Shown here: piece after piece, positions 16,788 to 24,465 of the stretch | How positions within the stretch are numbered: position 1 is the stretch's first letter | Layout of the letters: each line of letters opens with the position of its first letter | Source of the DNA: Clostridia bacterium | GTDB taxonomy: Bacteria; Bacillota; Clostridia; UMGS1883 | NCBI GenBank assembly: GCA_045649225.1 | Contig: JAZRPN010000114.1 | Location: 1-32,226 of the forward strand | Length of the DNA stretch: 32,226 nucleotides | Direction: 5' to 3' | Notes under the pieces: generated by a model | What the model saw: only the letters and a program-made list of their open reading frames with translations | Database searches by the model: none | What the model was told of the DNA's origin: nothing | Translations under genes and position numbers: made by a program

Positions 16788-17603
16788 ATGGTAAACGAGT
16801 ACGAAATCAAAAAACAAATTTGCGAAATCGGTAAGAGAATTTACGACAGAGGCATGGTTGCTGCAAACGACGGTAACATTTCTGTTAAAATCTCTGATAA
16901 TGAGTTCCTCTGCACACCCACAGGTGTAAGTAAGGGCTTTATGACTCCCGAGTTCATCTGTAAGGTTGACAAGAACGGTAACCCGCTTGAAACAAACGGC
17001 AAGTACAGACCTTCAAGCGAAATCAAAATGCATATGAGGGTATATCAGCAGCGTCCTGACGTTAACAGCGTTGTTCATGCTCATCCCATCTATGCAACAA
17101 GCTTTGCAATTGCAGGCATTCCGCTTACACAGCCCATCATGCCTGAGGCAGTAATCGCTCTTGGTTGCGTTCCGATTGCAGAGTATGGTACACCTTCAAC
17201 AAACGAAATTCCTGATGCAGTAGAAAAGTATCTTCCTTATTTCGATGCTGTTCTTCTTGCAAACCACGGTGCACTTTCTTACAGTGACTCACTTCTCAAC
17301 GCATACTACAAGATGGAATCTCTTGAATTCTACGCTCAGCTTCTTTACAATGCTAAGCAGCTTGGCGGTCCTAAGGAATTCACAGAAGAGCAGATTGCTC
17401 AGCTTTACGAAATCCGTCGTCAGATGGGTCTTAAGGGTAAGCATCCTGCAAACATCTGCGTAAATAACAAAGATGGCAAGAAGAGCTGCCACACATGCGG
17501 TGCTTGCTCAATCGCACACCATGGTACAGGCTGCGGCTCTGACAGCAACTCAGAACTTGTTGCTGAAATCACAAAGAAAGTACTTCAGGCAATCAATAAA
17601 TAA
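16788..17603 (+). CDS. Class II aldolase (L-fuculose/rhamnulose-1-phosphate aldolase-like) with C-terminal Cys-rich linker and encapsulation-peptide-like helix
   Basis: MVNEYEIKKQICEIGKRIYDRGMVAANDGNISVK...VVHAHPIYATSFA...LANHGALSY is the class II aldolase/adducin fold with Zn His ligands. The tail is CHTCGACSIAHHGTGCGSDSNSELVAEITKKVLQAINK. ATG 16788 is preceded by AAAGGA. The ORF-track start at 16737 lies in the promoter. Confidence 0.85.
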   Translation: MVNEYEIKKQICEIGKRIYDRGMVAANDGNISVKISDNEFLCTPTGVSKGFMTPEFICKVDKNGNPLETNGKYRPSSEIKMHMRVYQQRPDVNSVVHAHPIYATSFAIAGIPLTQPIMPEAVIALGCVPIAEYGTPSTNEIPDAVEKYLPYFDAVLLANHGALSYSDSLLNAYYKMESLEFYAQLLYNAKQLGGPKEFTEEQIAQLYEIRRQMGLKGKHPANICVNNKDGKKSCHTCGACSIAHHGTGCGSDSNSELVAEITKKVLQAINK

Positions 17604-17624
17604 TTGCAGTTATTTAAGAAAGGA

Positions 17625-18833
17625 ATGAATGAATTGGACATTAATTCAGAAAAAATCCAACAAATCGTAAGCCAGGTTCTGAGTGAAATGAACGGTTCAG
17701 TACAGTCAGCACCCAAGAGTGCCGGCCCGATTCCCAAAACCTCTCGTGCTGCTATGCTTACAAAGCTTGAGCATTATGAGATCAAGGAATTCCCCATCCC
17801 CGAAATCGGCGATGATGACATCCTTGTAAAGGTTGAGGGTTGCGGCGTGTGCGGAACTGATGCTCACGAATTCAAGCGTGACCCGTTTGGACTTATCCCT
17901 GTTGTTCTCGGACATGAGGGTACAGGCGAGGTTGTTAAAGTAGGTAAAAATGTTAAGAAAGACAGTGCAGGCAAGCCCCTTGGCGTTGGCGACAAGGTTG
18001 TTACCTGTATGATATTCAAGGATAACCCCGACATCACAATGTTTGACCTTAACAAGCAAAACGTTGGCGGTGCCGATGTATATGGTCTTCTCCCGGATGA
18101 CGATGTTCATCTTAACGGTTGGTTTGCAGACTATATGGTTATCAGAAAAGGCTCTACAGTATTTAACGTAAGTGATCTTGATCTTGATTCAAGAATTCTT
18201 ATTGAGCCTTGCGCAGTACTTATCCACGCAGTAGAGCGTGCAAAAACAACAGGCATCCTTCGTTTCAACAGCCGTGTGGTTGTTCAGGGATGTGGTCCTA
18301 TCGGACTTATCTGTATTGCAATCCTTCGCACAATGGGTATCGAAAACATTGTTGCGGTAGACGGTCAGGAAGCACGCCTCGACTTTGCTAAGGAAATGGG
18401 TGCTACAAAGAGCGTTAACTTCATGAACCACAAGGGTGTTGAAGCTCTCGCTGACGCTGTTAAGGATGCATTCGGCGGATATTACGCAGACTTCGCATTC
18501 CAGTGCACAGGTTCACCGATTGCACATGCAAACATATATAAGTTCATCCGTAACGGCGGTGGTCTTTGCGAGCTTGGTTTCTTCATCAATGGCGGCGATG
18601 CAACAATCAACCCGCACTTTGATATTTGTGCAAAAGAAATCACAACCGTTGGTTCATGGGTTTATACACTTCGTGATTATGCTACAACATTTGATTTCCT
18701 TAAGAGAGCAAAGGGTATCGGTCTTCCGCTTTCAAAGCTTATTACACACCGCTACTCACTTGATGAAATCAACGAAGCACACGAAACAAACCTTGCTATG
18801 AAGGGCTTAAAAATAGCCATCATAAATAAGTAA
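17625..18833 (+). CDS. Zinc-dependent (MDR-family) alcohol dehydrogenase with N-terminal encapsulation-peptide-like extension
   Basis: VEGCGVCGTDAHEF and LGHEGTGEVVKVG are the catalytic Zn ligands, and VQGCGPIGL is the Rossmann motif. The N-terminal ~45 aa (SEKIQQIVSQVLSEMNG plus a Pro/Ser-rich linker) precede the MDR core. The start is uncertain: ATG 17625 or TTG 17634. Confidence 0.85.
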   Translation: MNELDINSEKIQQIVSQVLSEMNGSVQSAPKSAGPIPKTSRAAMLTKLEHYEIKEFPIPEIGDDDILVKVEGCGVCGTDAHEFKRDPFGLIPVVLGHEGTGEVVKVGKNVKKDSAGKPLGVGDKVVTCMIFKDNPDITMFDLNKQNVGGADVYGLLPDDDVHLNGWFADYMVIRKGSTVFNVSDLDLDSRILIEPCAVLIHAVERAKTTGILRFNSRVVVQGCGPIGLICIAILRTMGIENIVAVDGQEARLDFAKEMGATKSVNFMNHKGVEALADAVKDAFGGYYADFAFQCTGSPIAHANIYKFIRNGGGLCELGFFINGGDATINPHFDICAKEITTVGSWVYTLRDYATTFDFLKRAKGIGLPLSKLITHRYSLDEINEAHETNLAMKGLKIAIINK

Positions 18834-18872
18834 TTTAATTTAATTTAACATATTTTTAGGAGGTAATTCAAA

Positions 18873-19148
18873 ATGGCACAGGAAGCATTAGGTATGGTAG
18901 AAACTAGAGGTCTTGTAGCAGCAATCGAGGCTGCAGATGCAATGGTTAAAGCAGCAGAAGTAACACTTATCGGTACAGAGAAAATCGGTAGCGGTCTTGT
19001 AAGCGTTATGGTTCGCGGCGACGTTGGCGCAGTTAAGGCAGCAGTTGAAGCTGGTAACGCAACAGCTCAGAAGCTTGGCGAAATCGTTGCAGTACACGTT
19101 ATTCCTCGTCCTCACACAGATGTTGAGAAAATTCTCCCAACAATCTAA
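18873..19148 (+). CDS. pduA: BMC-H shell protein (PduA/PduJ-like)
   Basis: [61 protein letters not shown] is the canonical PF00936 hexamer sequence. It has a strong AGGAGG RBS. Confidence 0.92.
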   Translation: MAQEALGMVETRGLVAAIEAADAMVKAAEVTLIGTEKIGSGLVSVMVRGDVGAVKAAVEAGNATAQKLGEIVAVHVIPRPHTDVEKILPTI

Positions 19149-19263
19149 GTAGGTGACGAAGATGGCTGAAAAGAAAACAACCACTACAACTAAAAAAACA
19201 GTTGAAAAGGCAGCCCCTGCGGCAGAGCCTGTTTCAACACCAAAAATTAAGGAGGTTAAAAAA

Positions 19264-19542
19264 ATGACTCAGGAAGCATTAGGTATGGTAGAAACCAGAG
19301 GTCTTGTAGCAGCTATTGAAGCAGCAGATTCAATGCTCAAGGCAGCAAACGTAACTCTTATAGGAACAGAAAAGATTGGTAGCGGTCTTGTAAGCGTTAT
19401 GGTTCGTGGTGATGTTGGTGCAGTTAAGGCAGCAGTTGAAGCTGGTAGCTCAAATGCACAGCGTCTTGGTGAACTTGTTGCAGTACACGTTATTCCTCGT
19501 CCTCATACAGATGTTGAAAAGATCCTTCCCATCCTTAAATAA
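19264..19542 (+). CDS. BMC-H shell protein (PduA/PduJ-like paralog); an in-frame upstream ATG at 19162 would add a 34-aa Lys/Thr/Pro/Ala-rich extension
   Basis: [68 protein letters not shown] (19250-19256) lies about 8 nt before ATG 19264. The frame stays open back to 19153/19162. Confidence 0.85.
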   Translation: MTQEALGMVETRGLVAAIEAADSMLKAANVTLIGTEKIGSGLVSVMVRGDVGAVKAAVEAGSSNAQRLGELVAVHVIPRPHTDVEKILPILK

Positions 19543-19556
19543 TAGGGGGACTACTT

Positions 19557-19835
19557 ATGTTAATTGCTAAAGTGGTCGGAAGTGTTGTTTCAACACGTAA
19601 GTGCGAATCACTTGTCGGAAACAAGTTTATGATTGTCGAAGCATACCCCAAATTTGAAACTACATCAAAGCGTTTTATCGCAGTTGATAACGTAGGTGCA
19701 GGTATGGGCGAAACCGTTTTGGTTGCTACAGGCAGTGCAGCTCGCATTGGAGTTGACGAGAAGGATGTTTCGATCGGTGCTCCAATCGATGCAGCTATTG
19801 TAGGAATTATTGACGATGTTTCGTCAATCGGATAA
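19557..19835 (+). CDS. pduN: BMC-P pentameric vertex protein (EutN/PduN/CcmL family)
   Basis: MLIAKVVGSVVSTRKCESLVGNKFMIVE...VGAGMGETVLVATGSAAR...DAAIVGIIDDV is the typical PF03319 pattern. 92 aa. Confidence 0.9.
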   Translation: MLIAKVVGSVVSTRKCESLVGNKFMIVEAYPKFETTSKRFIAVDNVGAGMGETVLVATGSAARIGVDEKDVSIGAPIDAAIVGIIDDVSSIG

Positions 19836-19871
19836 CACATATTTTTAGAATCTTAAGGAAAGGAAACGGCT

Positions 19872-21206
19872 ATGAAGTTTGATGAACTCAAAAGCATAAT
19901 TAAAGAATGCGGTGTGGCAGGTGCTGGCGGTGCAGGCTTTCCAAGCTACGCAAAGCTCAGCGAAAAAGCTGACACGGTTATTCTTAACTGTGCGGAATGT
20001 GAGCCTCTTTTCAGGCTTCACCGTCAGCTTCTACGCCGTTTCTCTTTCGAGATTATAAGCACGCTCGATATAATTCGTGAGTGCCTTGGAGCAGAAAGCT
20101 TTTACATAGGTATGAAAAAGGACTATCAGTCCACGGCAGAAGGTGTAGAGCGTGATATTGCATCCTTTAAGCATGGAAAAGTAAAGTAACTGCATGAAGT
20201 ATACCCCGCAGGTGATGAGATTATTCTCATACACGATACTACGGGAAGAACAGTTCCTGCAGGGGGACTTCCGATAGATGTCGGAGTTATAGTATTTAAC
20301 GTAGAAACAGTGCTCAATATCTACTACGCTCTCAAGGGCGAAAAAGTGGTAAACAAGTACGTTACGGTTGGCGGCGCCGTTAAAAATCCGCAAACATTTT
20401 GTGTTCCGATAGGAACACCTCTCACGCACCTTGTAAAGCTTGCAGGTGGCGCAACTGAGGAAGACACCGTCCTTTTAAGCGGCGGTCCGATGACGGGTAA
20501 TATCGCAAAGACAGGCGAAACAGTTACCAAAACAACAAACGGTGTTTTGGTGCTTCCCGAAGATAACCCCGTTATTATGAAGCGAAAAGCAAATGTAAAC
20601 ATATTGAAACGCAGAACAATGTCAGCATGCTGTCATTGCAGAATGTGTACAGATATGTGCCCGAGATACCTTTTAGGGTATCCTATAGAGCCTCATAGGT
20701 TTATGCGTGGTGTAAAAAACGACGACCCTACCGATACGGAAGGCTTTCTCAACACTCAGTACTGCTCGCAGTGTGGAATATGTGAGATGGTTTCGTGTAA
20801 GCAGGGGCTTAATCCACGAACACTTATAGGCTTTGCAAAAACAAAAATTCAGAAAAACGGTCTTAAACGGCTCGAAAAGCTTGAAGCAATTCCCCGTGAA
20901 GAACGTGATCTAAGAAGATTGACTACAGCAAGGCTCAGGCAAAAGCTTGACCTTGAGAAATATAACAATCCCTCACCGCTTTGCGATGATGAGATTAAGG
21001 TAAAAAGACTTTATGTGTCTTTACGCCAGAACATCGGTGCTCTCGGAAAAATTGTAGTTAAAGAGGGCGAGTTCGTAAATAAGTACGACTGCATCGTGGA
21101 GGCTCCCGAAAATTCACTCGGTCTTCCGATCCACAGCCCGATGGACGGTATAGTTAAAAAAATCAGTGATTTTGATATAATCATAGAATCTGCAGAAAGG
21201 AAATGA
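19872..21206 (+). pseudogene. pduS: PduS/RnfC-like flavo-iron-sulfur oxidoreductase interrupted by an in-frame TAA (20187-20189)
   Basis: ORFs 19872-20189 and 20310-21206 are in the same frame. The 40 codons between them (LHEVYPAGDEIILIHDTTGRTVPAGGLPIDVGVIVFNVET) continue the conserved RnfC/PduS sequence. The N-terminal fragment has GVAGAGGAGFP. The C-terminal part has CCHCRMCTDMCP and CSQCGICEMVSC (two 4Fe-4S motifs). Confidence 0.75.
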
Positions 21207-21213
21207 TACCTAA

Positions 21214-21762
21214 ATGAATAAGGCAATAGGCATGGTAGAATACACAACCGTTTCATCAGGTATGCAGGCGGCAGATTTGATAGTCAAAACGGCTGATGTA
21301 GAAATTTTAGAAGCAAGTACGGTTTGTCCCGGAAAATACCTTGTAACATTTGCGGGTGATATCAGTGCAGTTACGGCAGCACTTGAGGGATGTAAAAGAA
21401 CATACCCCGCACGTCTTATCGACAGCTTTGTTCTCGGTAATCCGCACGAAGATGTGCTTCCGGCAATTTGCGGTGCTACAGAGGTTAGTGAGGTTGAGGC
21501 ACTTGGTGTGTTTGAAACCTACAGTGCGGCGGCAGCGGTTGTTGCGGCAGATAACACTGTAAAAACCTCGCAGGTAAAGCTTATTGAAATCCGCCTTGCA
21601 CGAGGAATGTGCGGAAAATCGTATGTTCTTATAACAGGCGGGATTGCGGCAGTTACTGCGGCTATCGAAAAAGCAAAGAAAGAAACGGCAGACACGGGAA
21701 TGTTCCTTGACAGTGCAATAATTGCAAGACCTGCTAAGGACTTATGGAAGAATATTTTATAA
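21214..21762 (+). CDS. pduT: BMC-T tandem-domain shell protein (PduT type, Fe-S pore)
   Basis: 182 aa with two BMC repeats (AIGMVEY... and ALGVFETYS...). Cys38 sits in STVCPGKY, as in PduT, where it ligates the pore [4Fe-4S]. Confidence 0.85.
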   Translation: MNKAIGMVEYTTVSSGMQAADLIVKTADVEILEASTVCPGKYLVTFAGDISAVTAALEGCKRTYPARLIDSFVLGNPHEDVLPAICGATEVSEVEALGVFETYSAAAAVVAADNTVKTSQVKLIEIRLARGMCGKSYVLITGGIAAVTAAIEKAKKETADTGMFLDSAIIARPAKDLWKNIL

Positions 21763-21776
21763 TTTGAGGTGTTAAT

Positions 21777-23165
21777 ATGTTAGACGAAAAGTATATCAGT
21801 CAAATAGTTGAAAGTGTTCTCAGCGAAATGCAAACACCATCTACTAATAAAAGACAGCTTGGCGTGTTCGACGATATGAACGACGCTATCAAGGCGGCAG
21901 AAAAGGCTTACAAGGAATTCCGTTCTTACACTGTTGAACAGCGTGAGAAAATGATTGCTAAAATCCGTAAATACACACTCGACTATGCTGAAGATATGGC
22001 AAAACTCGGTGTCCAGGAAACCGGTATGGGAAGAGTTGAGGATAAAATCGTCAAGCATCAGCTTGTTGCGGAAAAAACTCCCGGTACTGAGGATATCACA
22101 ACTCAGGCATGGACAGGCGACAGAGGTCTTACTCTTGTTGAAATGGCACCTTACGGAATTATCGGAAGTATCACACCTTCAACAAACCCCAGTGAAACAG
22201 TTATCTGTAATACAATGGGTATGATTGCAGGCGGTAATGCAGTAGTTTTCAATCCGCACCCAGGTGCTAAGAAGACATCTTGCTTTGCAGTTGATTTGGT
22301 TAACCGTGCAATTCTTGAGGCAGGCGGCCCCGAAAACCTTGTTGTTACAGTTAAAGAGCCGACTCTTGAAACATCTGACATTATGGTTAAATCACCCTCT
22401 GTTAAGATGCTCGTTGCAACAGGCGGTCCCGGCGTTGTAAAGATGCTTCTTTCATCAGGTAAAAAGGCAATCGGTGCAGGCGCAGGTAACCCCCCTGTAA
22501 TCGTTGACGAAACTGCAGATATCAAAAAAGCAGGTAAGGATATCGTTCTTGGCGCAAGCTTTGATAACAACCTTCCCTGTATCGCTGAAAAGGAATGCTT
22601 TGTTATTTCTTCAGTTGCAGATGAACTTATCTCAAGTATGCTCGAAAACGGCGCTTACTTAATCAAGGGTGCCGATGTAGATAAACTTCTCAAGCTTGCC
22701 CTTGTTGAAAAGGACGGCAAAATGATTATCAACAGAAAGCTCGTTGGTCGCAACGCAGGTGCAATCCTTAAAATGATTGGTATTGATGCAGATCCGCGTC
22801 TTATCATTTGCGAAACAAATGCAGACCATCCTTTCGTTATGAAAGAGCTTCTGATGCCCATTCTTCCGATTGTACGTGTTAAGGATATTGACACTGCTAT
22901 CGAATATGCAGTAAAGGCAGAGAACGGATGCCGCCACAGTGCACACATCCATTCAAAGAATATTGACAATCTTACAAACTTTGCACGCGCAGTTGAAACA
23001 ACAATCTTTGTTAAGAATGCGCCCTCATATGCAGGTATCGGTGCAGGTGGCGAGGGTTATACAACCTTCACAATCGCAGGCCCGACAGGTGAGGGACTTA
23101 CTGCAGCACATTCATTCACCCGTGCAAGAAGATGTGTTATGGTGGATGGCTTGCATATTATATAA
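21777..23165 (+). CDS. pduP: CoA-acylating aldehyde dehydrogenase (PduP/EutE-like) with N-terminal encapsulation peptide
   Basis: 462 aa. The catalytic Cys context is FDNNLPCIAEKE. The N-terminus MLDEKYISQIVESVLSEM is an amphipathic helix followed by a linker. Confidence 0.9.
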   Translation: MLDEKYISQIVESVLSEMQTPSTNKRQLGVFDDMNDAIKAAEKAYKEFRSYTVEQREKMIAKIRKYTLDYAEDMAKLGVQETGMGRVEDKIVKHQLVAEKTPGTEDITTQAWTGDRGLTLVEMAPYGIIGSITPSTNPSETVICNTMGMIAGGNAVVFNPHPGAKKTSCFAVDLVNRAILEAGGPENLVVTVKEPTLETSDIMVKSPSVKMLVATGGPGVVKMLLSSGKKAIGAGAGNPPVIVDETADIKKAGKDIVLGASFDNNLPCIAEKECFVISSVADELISSMLENGAYLIKGADVDKLLKLALVEKDGKMIINRKLVGRNAGAILKMIGIDADPRLIICETNADHPFVMKELLMPILPIVRVKDIDTAIEYAVKAENGCRHSAHIHSKNIDNLTNFARAVETTIFVKNAPSYAGIGAGGEGYTTFTIAGPTGEGLTAAHSFTRARRCVMVDGLHII

Positions 23166-23185
23166 TGCCGAAAGGAAGAAAATAA

Positions 23186-23521
23186 ATGAAGGCACTTGGA
23201 ATGATTGAAGTTTATAGCTTTACCACTGCTCTTTGCGTAGCTGACGTTATGGCAAAGGCGGCTGATGTTAAGGTTATAGCTTTTGACAGAAACAGACCGA
23301 TAAATCCTGATGTTCCCGCACCGCTCGTAATGGAAGTTAAAATCGAGGGTGTTACCTCAGCAGTCAAGGCTGCAATCGAGGCAGGGAAGAGCTATGCCGA
23401 AGGTCAGGGAAAGTATATCGTTTCCCACATTATTCCCCGTCCTGATGACCAGACGGAGAAGATGGCATATCTTATCGACATCAACCGTGATAAATATAAT
23501 AAAAAGATGGTGAAAAAATGA
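23186..23521 (+). CDS. Divergent BMC-H shell protein with expanded pore loop and basic C-terminal tail
   Basis: MKALGMIEVYSFTTALCVADVMAKAADVKVIAF...VKIEGVTSAVKAAIEAG...HIIPRP is a BMC fold. The canonical K-I-G-S-G pore loop is replaced by DRNRPINPDVPAP. The tail is NRDKYNKKMVKK. Confidence 0.75.
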   Translation: MKALGMIEVYSFTTALCVADVMAKAADVKVIAFDRNRPINPDVPAPLVMEVKIEGVTSAVKAAIEAGKSYAEGQGKYIVSHIIPRPDDQTEKMAYLIDINRDKYNKKMVKK

Positions 23522-23793
23522 GTTCAATAGGTATTCTTGAAGTTCAGGGGCTTGTTGCTGCAATAGAGGGCCTCGATGCAATGCTCAAAGCAGCACAGGT
23601 AAGAGTAATTCATACAGAAAAACGCCTTGGCGGAAGACTCGTTACATTCGTCATCTTAGGTCAGGTGTCGGCAGTTAAGGCTGCGGTAGAAGCAGGCGTT
23701 GTGGCTGCTGAAAAGCTTGGCAAGGTTTACGGTTACGAGGTTATTGCAAATCCGCACGAAGAGGTTATGAAGTATTTTGACCTTGACGCTTAA
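23518..23793 (+). CDS. BMC-H shell protein (divergent, Arg-lined pore motif)
   Basis: [60 protein letters not shown]. There is an ATGA overlap with the preceding gene. Confidence 0.85.
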   Translation: MSSIGILEVQGLVAAIEGLDAMLKAAQVRVIHTEKRLGGRLVTFVILGQVSAVKAAVEAGVVAAEKLGKVYGYEVIANPHEEVMKYFDLDA

Positions 23794-23812
23794 CAGATAG
23801 GGGAAGGCAATT

Positions 23813-24445
23813 ATGGATATTAGAGAAATAGAAGGTATTGTTAAAAAAATATCATCTGAATATAAAAACACCGACGAGGTAAAAATCGGTGTATCGGCAC
23901 GCCATGTGCATCTTTCTCGTGAGCATCTTGAAATCCTTTTCGGTAAGGGTTATGAGCTTACAAAAAAGAAAACACTTATGGGCCGTGAATATGCGTCGGA
24001 AGAGCTTGTAACACTTGTTGGTCCGTCGCTCAGAGCAATCGAAAAGGTGCGTGTTCTTGGTCCCGTGCGTAAAAACACACAGGTCGAGATTTCGCGTACA
24101 GATACGTTTGTTCTTAAGGTGAGCCCACCGGTAAGACCCTCGGGTGAGATAGAAGGCAGTGAAAAAATTGTCATCGTAGGACCTAAGGGAAGCGTATATC
24201 TTAAAGAAGGCGTTATTATTGCAAACCGCCACATTCATCTCACACCCGAATTTGCTGATAAGCATGATATAACAGACGGAGATTTGGTTGACGTTCTTTG
24301 CCACGGTAAAGAAAAAACAACAAAATTTTATGATGTACAAATTCGAGTTCGTGACGATTTTAATGTTGAAATGCACATTGATACTGATGATGCTAACAGT
24401 GCAGGTCTCAGAAATGGTGATATGGTAACCCTCATTAAAAAATAA
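23813..24445 (+). CDS. pduL: Phosphate propanoyl/acyl-transferase PduL with N-terminal encapsulation-peptide-like helix
   Basis: The duplicated PduL motifs are GVSARHVHLSREHLEILFG and IANRHIHLTPEFA. The N-terminal MDIREIEGIVKKISSEY helix precedes the core. Confidence 0.88.
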   Translation: MDIREIEGIVKKISSEYKNTDEVKIGVSARHVHLSREHLEILFGKGYELTKKKTLMGREYASEELVTLVGPSLRAIEKVRVLGPVRKNTQVEISRTDTFVLKVSPPVRPSGEIEGSEKIVIVGPKGSVYLKEGVIIANRHIHLTPEFADKHDITDGDLVDVLCHGKEKTTKFYDVQIRVRDDFNVEMHIDTDDANSAGLRNGDMVTLIKK

Positions 24446-24465
24446 GAGATTGAGAGTGAATTTAT

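Noticed and set aside
20187-20189. Programmed recoding (selenocysteine or pyrrolysine) at the in-frame stop in the PduS-like gene
   Set aside because: The codon is TAA, not TGA or TAG, and there is no SECIS- or PYLIS-like hairpin immediately downstream. A nonsense mutation or sequencing error is more parsimonious.
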